DNA of 64,000 bases from Atribacterota bacterium (GTDB lineage: Bacteria > Atribacterota > Phoenicimicrobiia > Phoenicimicrobiales > Stramentimicrobiaceae), in assembly GCA_040767965.1 (NCBI GenBank), contig JAXGNR010000008.1:32001-96000 (forward strand), in the 5' to 3' direction. Numbering within the stretch: position 1 is the stretch's first letter; each line of letters starts with the position of its first letter. This document shows positions 50,921 through 60,348 of this stretch, piece by piece. The position numbers were made by a program, and so were the translations under genes. Below the pieces are notes generated by a model. That model saw only the letters and a program-made list of their open reading frames with translations. It ran no database searches and was not told the DNA's origin.

Positions 50921-51643
50921 TTAGTTAATAAAATTACCCATTAAACGCAAAAAAACTGTTGATTTTTTTGGATCATTACTATTTATTCTAATTGATTTTC
51001 TAAAATCACCCGTGGTTAATAAATCTGAGCTTATTTTTAGTTGTGCCTCAAATTGTTTTGCAGGTGAAATAATTAAAGGCAGTTTCAGATTATAGTTGAA
51101 GAGTTCTTCCGCAATAATTTCCTGAATAATTAAGTCTGCATCTCCTTTGTTTGAAATTGTAAAATTTATTATCGGAAGATTATTCTCATTAAAAGTGCCT
51201 AAATCAAAAGTTTGTTCAGATAATTGCAGGTCAGGGCTTGGTACTTTTAAAACATTTATACTTGTTTCAATTACTACTTGCGGTTTTTCCGGATCATTTG
51301 ATGTCAGGGTAATTAGCTTGCTTACTTCACCTTCATACCCTGTTGGGTCAAAAGTAGTTTTTAAGATAGTTTCTTTTCCAGGCAAAATTTCATTTTCTGC
51401 CAAATCAAGGATTGCACATGGGCAAGAGGAGTAAACTGATTCAATAATTAATTTTTCTTCACCTTCATTTTTAATAATAAAATCATGAGTTGGCCTTTCA
51501 TCAGGAGTTACTTCTCCATAATAACAGCTTTCTTCTGAAAGCACTATTTGAGGAGGATTAGGTTTGCTGCATCCTGATAAGAAGAGAGTTATTAAAATAA
51601 AAATGGTTAAAATTATTAAAAAGTAATTCTTTTTAGTTGTCAT
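50921..51643 (-). CDS. DUF1573-type lipoprotein (two Ig-like repeats)
   Basis: Lipobox LSGC, F.IKN.G...L.I..V.SSCPC, SNDP twice. Confidence 0.75.
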   Translation of the reverse strand: MTTKKNYFLIILTIFILITLFLSGCSKPNPPQIVLSEESCYYGEVTPDERPTHDFIIKNEGEEKLIIESVYSSCPCAILDLAENEILPGKETILKTTFDPTGYEGEVSKLITLTSNDPEKPQVVIETSINVLKVPSPDLQLSEQTFDLGTFNENNLPIINFTISNKGDADLIIQEIIAEELFNYNLKLPLIISPAKQFEAQLKISSDLLTTGDFRKSIRINSNDPKKSTVFLRLMGNFIN

Positions 51644-51693
51644 CTAAGCAGTACCTCTATAATTTTCTTAAAAAATGTATTTTTAGTATTTAA

Positions 51694-52290
51694 TTAATAT
51701 CCAGGAGGAGGTGGGCAAACTCCTTCATCACAACCACTGCCACCATTACTTGTCTGTGGAGTAAAAATAAAAGTTAAATATTGATAAAGGTTGTCTTCTT
51801 GTCTGCTGGTAAATCGGTCATATATTCTTCTGATATGAAGATCTGCTCTTAAAATCAGAATAGCAGAGTTTTCTGTAAAGTTATAATTTTCAGCAGTTTT
51901 TCCTCCCTTATCCAAAAGTACTAAAAAGGGTATTTCTGTTTTTTCCTGCCAGGACAGGTACTGGGCTAGGGTTTCATCTGAAGTTCCTTCAGTTTCGATT
52001 AAAGTTATTATTTGATAACTTTCTCTGGGCTGATAATCAGTCAAAAAAGCAATTAACTTATCTATATTGTTAAAGGAATCTGCATCCTTTTCTTTAGCAA
52101 AACAAAGAAACAGATGATCTTGTTTATTATTGAAATTGCTTAATTGATAGATTTCTCCATCCGGTGCTGACAAAGAAAAATCCGGTGCTAATATACCGGT
52201 CTTTATTTGAGCAATTGCTGAATTACTAAAAATTAAAATAAAAATAATTATTGTCAATACAAAAAAAGAATATTCTCTATTTTTTATCAA
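51694..52290 (-). CDS. Exported redoxin (AhpC/TSA-like fold) protein lacking CxxC
   Basis: Signal peptide, G..APDFSL...G..Y.LS, FLVLLD.GG. Confidence 0.6.
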   Translation of the reverse strand: MIKNREYSFFVLTIIIFILIFSNSAIAQIKTGILAPDFSLSAPDGEIYQLSNFNNKQDHLFLCFAKEKDADSFNNIDKLIAFLTDYQPRESYQIITLIETEGTSDETLAQYLSWQEKTEIPFLVLLDKGGKTAENYNFTENSAILILRADLHIRRIYDRFTSRQEDNLYQYLTFIFTPQTSNGGSGCDEGVCPPPPGY

Positions 52291-52619
52291 TTTATGCCTC
52301 CTGTCGATGAATTAAGATGAATTAATTAGTTTAAATTTCTGTAAAAAGGTCAGCATTTCTTTTTATAATTTTACTATATTTTAAATATATATTCAAAAAA
52401 TCATTTCTGATAAGTTTGGTTTTTTGATGATAGTTGTTCAAAATCAATGCTTTCCACTAGAAGGTATTGATATGTATCAGAACAGCAGTTGAGATATTAG
52501 AGAAAGGAAATTTTAAACTACTTATCAATCTAATTATTTGTAATAAATTCTGATATATTCTATAATATTTTATACAAAAGAGGATATAGTGATTAAAAAA
52601 TAAGGAGAAATATAAAAAT

Positions 52620-53576
52620 ATGAAAAGCAATATATTGGGAAAAACAGGAATTAAAGTAAGTGAATTTTGTTTTGGGGTGTTACCCATGGGGCCCCTACAG
52701 GCTAATATTCCGGCAGAAGAAGGGGCAAAAGTGGTTTTACAAGGATTAAATTCCGGAATTACTTTTCTTGATACAGCCCAGGCATATAGAACATATCCCC
52801 ATATCAAAGAAGCTTTATCTAAGTTTCCAGGGGCAAAAGATGTAGTTATTGCCAGCAAATCTCATGCAACTGATTATGAAGGAATGAAAGAAGCTATTTT
52901 AGAGGCATGCCGAGAGCTGGATCGAGACTATATTGATATTTTTCATTTGCATGCTGCCCGTGAAGATAAAAATGTTTTTGAAAAAAGAGCCGGTGCTTTA
53001 AGCTGTTTGGTTGATATGAAAAAAGAAGGCAAAATTAAAGCAGTAGGTATCTCTTCTCATGCTATAGAAGTAATAGATAAAGCAGCAGAAATGAATGAAA
53101 TTGATGTTGTTTTTCCAATTATTAACAAATTGGGATTAGGCATAATTGGCGGCACCCCTGAAGAGATGATTGAAGCAATTAAAAAAAATCATCAGGCAGG
53201 GAAAGGTATTTATGCCATGAAAGCCCTTGCAGGAGGTTATCTTATCAGTCATCTGGAAGAAGCTATTAATTATGTAAGAGAAATAAAAGAAATTCAATCA
53301 ATAGCTATTGGAATGGTCTATCCTCGGGAATTAGAAATTAATCTTGATATTTTTGCCAATAAGAAAATAAACCAGGAAGAACTAAAAAAAGAAGGGATTA
53401 AGAGAAAGAAACTCTTTATTTCACGCTTCTGTGAAGGTTGCGGAACATGTGTGGAAGCTTGTCCGAATCAGGCTTTATCTGTTAAGAATGGTAAGGCGGT
53501 TGTAGATTATAATTTATGCTTAACCTGCGGATACTGTGTACCTCATTGTCCGCTTTTTGCATTAAGAATAGTTTAA
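52620..53576 (+). CDS. Aldo/keto reductase with C-terminal 2[4Fe-4S] domain
   Basis: LGKTG, DTAQAY, DYIDIFHLH, GISSH; CxxCxxCxxxCP twice. Confidence 0.9.
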   Translation: MKSNILGKTGIKVSEFCFGVLPMGPLQANIPAEEGAKVVLQGLNSGITFLDTAQAYRTYPHIKEALSKFPGAKDVVIASKSHATDYEGMKEAILEACRELDRDYIDIFHLHAAREDKNVFEKRAGALSCLVDMKKEGKIKAVGISSHAIEVIDKAAEMNEIDVVFPIINKLGLGIIGGTPEEMIEAIKKNHQAGKGIYAMKALAGGYLISHLEEAINYVREIKEIQSIAIGMVYPRELEINLDIFANKKINQEELKKEGIKRKKLFISRFCEGCGTCVEACPNQALSVKNGKAVVDYNLCLTCGYCVPHCPLFALRIV

Positions 53577-53604
53577 GTTTAAATCAGCATTATAATAAAT
53601 ATGG

Positions 53605-54516
53605 TCAGTTAGTCAGAAGATCAACTGTTTTTGGCAATACCTTTATATGAAACTTGTTTTGAGCCGGCAGTTTTTCTCCAGCTACCTGAGAAATAACAGG
53701 TCTGTCAGTTTCTACAAGGATTTCTTTTCCCTTGAAGAAACTGACTTCCTTTAAATGCTGATGTGTCCCCTTGATAACTGTCGGTAAAAGATGTAAACAA
53801 CGAAGTCTTCCCATTTTACGTACTATGCAGATATCAAACAGACCATCATCTATTTTTGCATCAGGAGCTATATTGAATTTGCCACCTTCTACTTTACCAT
53901 TAGCAATTGCCAGAAAAAGTATTTCTCCTTCTATCACCTGCTGGTCAATAGTTATCTTTGCCTGAAAAGAAGGAAGAGGAGAAAGGAGTTTTCTGATGGT
54001 TGCAAAAACATAAACATAAGCACTCAATGTTTTCCAATGAGGATGATTTGTTTTTATCTGATTGGCCAGAGCGGCAATTTCAGCATCAAAACCAATTCCA
54101 AATACATTTAAAAAATAGATTTCCTCGTTTATCAGTCCAGTATCTATTTTCTGAATTTTTCCATTTTTTATAATCTGGCATGCTTTTTCGACATCATTGG
54201 GAATAGTGGTACTTTTTATAAAATCATTAGCCCATCCTGCAGGAATTATTCCCAATTTAGATGGAACAAGATCTTTTTTTACCGGAAGAAGACCATTAAC
54301 AATCTCATTAATGGTACCATCTCCACCTACTGAAACAACAATATCAGTTCCTCTTTCAGCAGCCTCTTTTGCTAAATCCACCGCGCCTCCAGGGGAAGAA
54401 GTCCAGCTGATATGATATGGCAGATGAAATGTCTGTAAAATATTTTCAACTTCAGGAACCACCTTTTCCGGCTTTCCGCCACCGGCAGCCTGGTTAATAA
54501 TTAATTCAATTTTCAA
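53605..54516 (-). CDS. Diacylglycerol kinase (YegS/DagK) family lipid kinase
   Basis: VGGDGTINE, IIPAG.ANDF, GIGFDA, DDGLFD. Confidence 0.88.
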   Translation of the reverse strand: MKIELIINQAAGGGKPEKVVPEVENILQTFHLPYHISWTSSPGGAVDLAKEAAERGTDIVVSVGGDGTINEIVNGLLPVKKDLVPSKLGIIPAGWANDFIKSTTIPNDVEKACQIIKNGKIQKIDTGLINEEIYFLNVFGIGFDAEIAALANQIKTNHPHWKTLSAYVYVFATIRKLLSPLPSFQAKITIDQQVIEGEILFLAIANGKVEGGKFNIAPDAKIDDGLFDICIVRKMGRLRCLHLLPTVIKGTHQHLKEVSFFKGKEILVETDRPVISQVAGEKLPAQNKFHIKVLPKTVDLLTN

Positions 54517-54826
54517 ATACTTACACCTTTTTATAAAAATATTTTTATATATTCATTTAATGAAATAAAAAAATTATAACAATATTTTAAGAATAAGCAA
54601 ATACTTTAATTATCAAATAAAGTATACCATTAAGATTGACAGCCTGAGTATATTAATCGTCCAGCAATAAAATAACTTTAAATTAAATAATTATCAGAAT
54701 AATAAAACTCATTAAGATGGTAAAGAGTTCTATTTTTTGAACACTATATTGTTTATAGGATGATTAGTTTCAAATTTAAACAAAAAATGATAAGATGTAA
54801 AAATAAAATCATGTACAGGGAGAAAG

Positions 54827-56176
54827 ATGAACCTATTTAATTATAAAGAAAAAAAATTGAAAAATTCTGCGCCGTTAGCTGATCGTGTGCGGCCAAAAAG
54901 TCTGGATGATTTTATTGGCCAGGAGCATATTATAGGTGAAGGTAAGCCTTTACGTCTGGCTATTGAAAAAGATCAATTGCAGTCAATTATATTATGGGGG
55001 CCTCCCGGTTCGGGCAAAACATCTTTAGCTATGATAATAGCACAAATGACAAAAAGTAATTTTGTCCAATTTAGTGCGGTAACTTCCGGGATTCCTGATC
55101 TTAAAAAAATGATTACTGATATACATCAACGTTGGGCTTTCAATCAACAAAAAACTATTCTTTTTGTAGATGAAATCCACCGATTTAATAAAGCTCAGCA
55201 AAATGCATTTCTTCCCTATGTGGAAGATGGCACTATTATCTTAATAGGAGCAACTACTGAAAATCCCTCTTTTGAAGTAATATCTCCTCTCTTGTCCCGT
55301 TCTCATGTCTATGTTTTAGATGCTTTATCTGATGATAATTTAAATCAAATAATAAGACATGCCTTGCAAGACAATGATAATGGTTTAGGCAATCTTTCTC
55401 TTAAAGTTGATGATGAAGCAATTAAATTTCTGATTCAGCTTGCCTATGGTGATGCCCGGGTGGCTTTAAACATTTTAGAATTTGCAGCTATCGCTCAATC
55501 TCCAGATCCAAATGGTATTATTGAAATTGATAAAAAACTGATTAGAGAAATTGTCCAAAAAACCAGCCTGCGTTATGACAAAGACGGAGAAGAGCATTAT
55601 AATATTATTTCTGCTTTACACAAAAGTATGAGAGATTCAGATCCTGATGCAGCTTTATACTGGACTACCAGAATGATTGAAGCCGGGGAAAATCCACTTT
55701 ATATTGCTCGGAGATTAGTCAGGTTTGCCTCTGAAGATGTAGGAAATGCTGATCCTTCTGCCTTGAACATTGCGATATCTGCCATGCAGGCAGTTCATTT
55801 TTTAGGTATGCCGGAAGGAGATTTGGCTCTTATTCAGACAGCAGTTTATTTGGCTAATGCTCCAAAAAGCAATGCCTTATATAAAGGAAGAAAATTAGCT
55901 GCCCAGGATATTAAAAGATATGGCCATCTGCCAGTACCCCTGGTAATTCGTAATGCACCTACCAAAATGATGAAAGATATGAATTATGGTAAAAATTATC
56001 AGTATGCTCATGATTTCCAGGATGCCCTGGTTCAACAGCAGCACCTTCCTGATCAATTAAAAAATAGGAAATATTATTTTCCTTCAGATAGAGGCTTTGA
56101 AAAACAGGTTAAAAGGGAGATGCTGCTTCGGGAAAATAAAAGATCAGGATTAAAAGAGTCAAAAAATAATCTTTAA
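54827..56176 (+). CDS. rarA: Replication-associated recombination protein A
   Basis: PLADRVRP, GPPGSGKT, DEIHRFNK.QQ, ATTENPSF, SALHKSMR.SD.DA. Confidence 0.96.
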   Translation: MNLFNYKEKKLKNSAPLADRVRPKSLDDFIGQEHIIGEGKPLRLAIEKDQLQSIILWGPPGSGKTSLAMIIAQMTKSNFVQFSAVTSGIPDLKKMITDIHQRWAFNQQKTILFVDEIHRFNKAQQNAFLPYVEDGTIILIGATTENPSFEVISPLLSRSHVYVLDALSDDNLNQIIRHALQDNDNGLGNLSLKVDDEAIKFLIQLAYGDARVALNILEFAAIAQSPDPNGIIEIDKKLIREIVQKTSLRYDKDGEEHYNIISALHKSMRDSDPDAALYWTTRMIEAGENPLYIARRLVRFASEDVGNADPSALNIAISAMQAVHFLGMPEGDLALIQTAVYLANAPKSNALYKGRKLAAQDIKRYGHLPVPLVIRNAPTKMMKDMNYGKNYQYAHDFQDALVQQQHLPDQLKNRKYYFPSDRGFEKQVKREMLLRENKRSGLKESKNNL

Positions 56177-56222
56177 CTGATAGAATTACAAAATATCAAA
56201 AAAAGTAAGAGAGAATTGAAAA

Positions 56223-57365
56223 ATGAAAGATAACCGTTTAACAGTGGGAGTGTTGTTTGGGGGAAAATCAGGAGAACATGAAGTATCTTTTTGTTCTGCT
56301 TCTGCTGTTATTAAAGCTATTGATAAGAAAAAATATATAGTAATCCCAATTGGAATAACCAAAAATGGAACCTGGTTGACAACTGCAGACAGTATGTTGG
56401 CCTTACAGACAGGAGAAGTGCATGCTCATAGCAGGAAAGCTTTAGCATGGACTGGTGAACAGGGCCAGTATCAATTGATTGAGTTAAATGAGAAAGAAAG
56501 TATTTCAACAGGACTGATGAGTAAAATAGATGTTGTCTTTCCTGTTTTGCACGGCCCTTATGGCGAAGATGGCACAGTTCAGGGTTTTTTAGAGTTGCTG
56601 GATATTCCATATGTAGGATCTGGAGTAGCAGCTTCAGCTCTTGCCATGGATAAGGATTTAATGAAAAAAATATTTCAACAAGCTGATTTGCCTCAGACCA
56701 GATGGATCACTTTGAAAAGAAAACATTGGGGAAAAGAGAAAGAAAAATTATTGGCAGGTATAGAGAAAAATCTACAATTCCCGGTTTTTGTCAAGCCAAC
56801 CAATCTCGGTTCCAGCGTAGGGATAAGCAAAATAACAGAAGTAAAAGAACTTATCCCGGCCATTGACCTGGCATCATCATATGATAGAAAGATAATTATT
56901 GAAGAAGCAATTGGAAATGCACTGGAGATTGAATGTGCTGTTTTAGGGAATGATAATCCTGATATTTCCATTGCCGGAGAAATAAAACCCAATAGCGAAT
57001 ACTATGACTATTATTCAAAATATCTGGACAAAAAAACCAGATTAGTTATTCCAGCAGAAATACCCAAAGAGGTAATGGAAGAGGTAAGAATGATTGCTAA
57101 AAAAGCATATCTGGCTATTGATGGAGCAGGTATGGCACGAGTTGATTTTTTTGTGCAAAAAAACAATAGCTCATATAAAGTTTTTTTAAACGAGATAAAT
57201 ACCATTCCTGGCTTTACCACTACAAGCATGTATCCTAAATTATGGGAGAAAAGTGGGATCGGATTTACAGAATTGATTGATAGATTGATAATTCTTGCTA
57301 TCGAAAGATTTCGGGAAAAAAAATTAAATAAGACTGATTACCCATCTTTAATTTTAAAAAAATAG
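56223..57365 (+). CDS. ddl: D-alanine--D-alanine ligase
   Basis: GGKSGEHEVS, LHGPYGEDG, GSSVG, YDYYSKY, NEINTIPGFT. Confidence 0.96.
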   Translation: MKDNRLTVGVLFGGKSGEHEVSFCSASAVIKAIDKKKYIVIPIGITKNGTWLTTADSMLALQTGEVHAHSRKALAWTGEQGQYQLIELNEKESISTGLMSKIDVVFPVLHGPYGEDGTVQGFLELLDIPYVGSGVAASALAMDKDLMKKIFQQADLPQTRWITLKRKHWGKEKEKLLAGIEKNLQFPVFVKPTNLGSSVGISKITEVKELIPAIDLASSYDRKIIIEEAIGNALEIECAVLGNDNPDISIAGEIKPNSEYYDYYSKYLDKKTRLVIPAEIPKEVMEEVRMIAKKAYLAIDGAGMARVDFFVQKNNSSYKVFLNEINTIPGFTTTSMYPKLWEKSGIGFTELIDRLIILAIERFREKKLNKTDYPSLILKK

Positions 57366-57460
57366 GAATAATCTTGTCTAAAAATTATAAAATAGGGAAT
57401 AATAATTATAGAAAGAAAAAAAGTTTTTGGTAGAAAGAATAATTCTACAAATTATTCCCA

Positions 57461-57549
57461 GAGGTTGAAAAAGGCAAACTATTCGAAAGAATAGGGCGCA
57501 AAGTACTGGGTCTAAAGCATAAATGCTAAGATTGCCAGACTACCGACTT
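57461..57549 (+). ncRNA. c-di-GMP-I riboswitch, tandem copy 1
   Basis: GGCAAACTATTC-GAAA-GAATAGGGCGCAAAG...GGGTCTAA...TAAGATTGCCAGACTACC. Confidence 0.9.
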
Positions 57550-57584
57550 CTTTTTCTTTTGACAAAAAAATATAAAAGACAATT

Positions 57585-57673
57585 GAGTTGAAAAAGGCAA
57601 ACTATTCGAAAGAATAGGGCGCAAAGTTATGGGCCTACAGTCTTTCAAGACTATGGCTGCCAAACTACCAACT
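57585..57673 (+). ncRNA. c-di-GMP-I riboswitch, tandem copy 2
   Basis: Identical P2 region; P3 GGGCCTAC...TATGGCTGCCAAACTACC. Confidence 0.9.
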
Positions 57674-57731
57674 TTTTTCATTTTAGGCCAAACTTTGACT
57701 GCTTTTTTCGACTGAGAAGGAGATAAAAAAT

Positions 57732-58355
57732 ATGAAAGTTTGGAATAAAATGAAAGATATCGGCAAGCTTTTAATTATAATAAGCACAGTTTTTATATTA
57801 ACATCCTGTAGCGGGATTGTTCCGGAAACCATTCAAGAAGAACAAGATATTAACAGCCCTATCACAGGCATTGAAGAAAAAGCAAAAATTAGTTCAGTTT
57901 ATTTAGATGTTCCTTATCAAAAATATGCAGGCACTAATTGGTGTTTACCAGCCTCAGGTTCCATGACCTTAAATTATTTTGGAATACCGGTAAGTCAGCA
58001 GGAATTAGCACAAAGCATAATTAAGCCTGACGGATTGGGCGATATTTACAAAATGGTCAGATTTGCACAGGATTTAGGCTTTGAAGCTTCATTTAAAGTT
58101 TTAACAATAGAAGAAATTGAAGAATATCTTACAAAAAATATTCCTATAATTGCAATTCAAGAATACAAAGAAACCAACCCTCTGGCTCATGCCCGGGTGA
58201 TTATAGGTTTTGATTCTGACAAAAAAGAAATAATCAGCAATGATCCTACCATCGGTAAAAGCTATACTATAGCTTATGATAATTTTTTAAATCTGAATTT
58301 GACTGCTAACCCAAAATATACTATGGCTATAATAATAACCCCGATGTCTGTTTAA
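57732..58355 (+). CDS. Peptidase C39-like lipoprotein
   Basis: Lipobox LTSC, LDVPYQ...WCLPAS..M.LNYFG, H.RVIIGFD, NDP (Cys-His-Asp). Confidence 0.85.
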   Translation: MKVWNKMKDIGKLLIIISTVFILTSCSGIVPETIQEEQDINSPITGIEEKAKISSVYLDVPYQKYAGTNWCLPASGSMTLNYFGIPVSQQELAQSIIKPDGLGDIYKMVRFAQDLGFEASFKVLTIEEIEEYLTKNIPIIAIQEYKETNPLAHARVIIGFDSDKKEIISNDPTIGKSYTIAYDNFLNLNLTANPKYTMAIIITPMSV

Positions 58356-58366
58356 TAGAGGTTTAT

Positions 58367-58579
58367 ATGAATAATGTTAATTCCAAAAACCAATATGATT
58401 ATTGTGAAATATATCCCCATCAGGGAGAATATAAAGTTGAATATGGCTATCAGACTTATAATGGAAAAATGTTATATCCTCCAATCAAAATAGGCAGTAG
58501 AAATTTTTCAACCGAGAAAAAAGCCTTACGTTACGCCAGAAAAATTGTCTCAAAAGAAGATATAAATATTTTTTGTTAA
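58367..58579 (+). CDS. Small hypothetical protein
   Basis: RBS AGAGG, 11 nt after the C39 gene and before a terminator. Confidence 0.5.
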   Translation: MNNVNSKNQYDYCEIYPHQGEYKVEYGYQTYNGKMLYPPIKIGSRNFSTEKKALRYARKIVSKEDINIFC

Positions 58580-58624
58580 TTTTTTAACAAATTTTTAATT
58601 ACCTGACAAGATTTATAAATCGTA

Positions 58625-58672
58625 AAGAAAAAGAGGTTTTTGGGAATTTTACCCAAACAACCTCTTTTTCTT
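58625..58672. terminator. Terminator closing the c-di-GMP-regulated unit
   Basis: AAGAAAAAGAGGTT...AACCTCTTTTTCTT. Confidence 0.75.
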
Positions 58673-58755
58673 GTTATAACATCAGTTAGCTTTGACAGTA
58701 CAAAATCATGGTGTTATGATTGATTACAAAAGTATTATTAGTAAGAAGGTGATTT

Positions 58756-59172
58756 ATGTCTAAATTAGTCCGATTCAGCGTTTCTTTGGATGAAATGCTG
58801 TTAATGAGGTTTGATAATCATATTAAAGGAAAAAATTATAAAAACCGTTCTGAAGCCCTGAGGGATTTGATCAGAGAGGATCTGGTGGAAAAAGAATGGG
58901 AAAATAATGACAGAGTTACCGGCACTATTACACTGGTTTATGATCATCACAAGGGAGGATTAGTCAATAAGTTAACAAATTTACAGCATAACTATCATAA
59001 TATGATTGTATCAACTCAGCATATTCATCTTGATCATGATAATTGTCTGGAAGTAATTATCGTACAAGGGGAAGCCCAGGCTATAAAAAAGCTTACCAGT
59101 GAGCTCAAAACAGTGAAAGGCGTCAAATTTGGTGATCTTTCTATGGCTACTTTTGGGAAAGAATTGGTTTAA
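58756..59172 (+). CDS. nikR: Nickel-responsive regulator
   Basis: RFSVSL..RSEA.RDLIR ribbon-helix-helix; YDHH, HIHLDHDNCLE. Confidence 0.95.
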   Translation: MSKLVRFSVSLDEMLLMRFDNHIKGKNYKNRSEALRDLIREDLVEKEWENNDRVTGTITLVYDHHKGGLVNKLTNLQHNYHNMIVSTQHIHLDHDNCLEVIIVQGEAQAIKKLTSELKTVKGVKFGDLSMATFGKELV

Positions 59173-59227
59173 CTTATAATATAATACTTTTAGAACTAAA
59201 ATTTATAAAACTAAAAAAGAGGATATT

Positions 59228-60301
59228 ATGAATATTGGAATACTAGGTTTGCCTTTAACTGGTAAAACAACTATCTTTAATCTTTTAACAAGCCAGCACA
59301 AAGACACGGATTCTTTTTCTTCCCGAAAAACAAAAAATATCGGTATTGCCAGAGTGGCTGATAGCAGAATCGATTATTTAAGCTCTATTTTCCATCCAAA
59401 AAAGACAACTTATGCCACTATCGAAATAACCGATATCCCGGGCATTTCTCCAGACCTTTCGGAAAAAGCCAAACAAGAAATATTAGGACAAATACAAAGC
59501 GTAGATGCTTTATTGATGGTGGTAAGAGTATTTAAAAATGAAGAAGTAGCCGGTAGTAAAGATCCTCTTGCTCAAATAGAATCTTTGACATATGAAATTT
59601 TGTTAAGAGATTTAGAGGTTGCGGAAAATAGAATTAATAGACTTGAACAGGCAAAAAGAAAATTAACAAATCAGGAAGAAATAGAAAAACAAATATTAAA
59701 AAAATGCCAGGAGCATTTAAGCAATGACCAGTTGCTCATAACCCAGATATTTACTGAAGAAGAACAAAAAGTAATAAGCGGCTTTAGTTTTTTTACCTTA
59801 AAACCGATAGTTATAGTAATAAATGTTGATGAAGAACAATTACAAAGCAGGCAGTTTCCCAATATTGATAAATTTGAAGAATTTATCCGGGAACACAAAA
59901 TGGCCAGTATTCCTATTTGCGGGAAGATAGAAATGGAGATTAATGAATTGAATGATGAGGAAAAACTGCTGTTTTTAGAAGATTTGGGTATCAAGGAAAC
60001 TGGTATTGAGAGATTATCAAAAGTACTTTATCAACATCTGGGATTGGTATCATTCTTTACTGTAGGAAAAGATGAAGTAAGGGCCTGGACAATAAATAAA
60101 GAGACCAGGGCCGTAAAAGCAGCCGGGAAAGTACATAGTGATATAGAACGGGGTTTTATAAGGGCTGAAGTTGTAAGCTATCAAGATTTCAAAGAATTAG
60201 GAACAATGCAGAAAGTAAAGGAAAAAGGATTACTGAGAGTAGAAGGAAAAGACACAGTTATTGAAGATGGGGATATTATAAATTTCAGATTTAATGTTTA
60301 A
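59228..60301 (+). CDS. ychF: YchF-like Obg-family ATPase (variant)
   Basis: GLP.TGKTT, DIPG, FFTVG.DEVRAW, AGKVHSDIERGFIRAEV, DGDII.FRFNV. Confidence 0.85.
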   Translation: MNIGILGLPLTGKTTIFNLLTSQHKDTDSFSSRKTKNIGIARVADSRIDYLSSIFHPKKTTYATIEITDIPGISPDLSEKAKQEILGQIQSVDALLMVVRVFKNEEVAGSKDPLAQIESLTYEILLRDLEVAENRINRLEQAKRKLTNQEEIEKQILKKCQEHLSNDQLLITQIFTEEEQKVISGFSFFTLKPIVIVINVDEEQLQSRQFPNIDKFEEFIREHKMASIPICGKIEMEINELNDEEKLLFLEDLGIKETGIERLSKVLYQHLGLVSFFTVGKDEVRAWTINKETRAVKAAGKVHSDIERGFIRAEVVSYQDFKELGTMQKVKEKGLLRVEGKDTVIEDGDIINFRFNV

Positions 60302-60348
60302 TTTCAGAAGAAAGGAAATTTTCAACAAAGAAAAGGTTTCTGATTATT

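Noticed and set aside
54727-54754. GTTC/GAAC motifs upstream of rarA as a LexA box
   Set aside because: Orientation and spacing do not match GAAC-N4-GTTC; too weak
57461-57673. 41-nt direct repeat as CRISPR or mobile repeat
   Set aside because: Only two copies, fully explained by tandem c-di-GMP-I aptamers; no cas genes in the window
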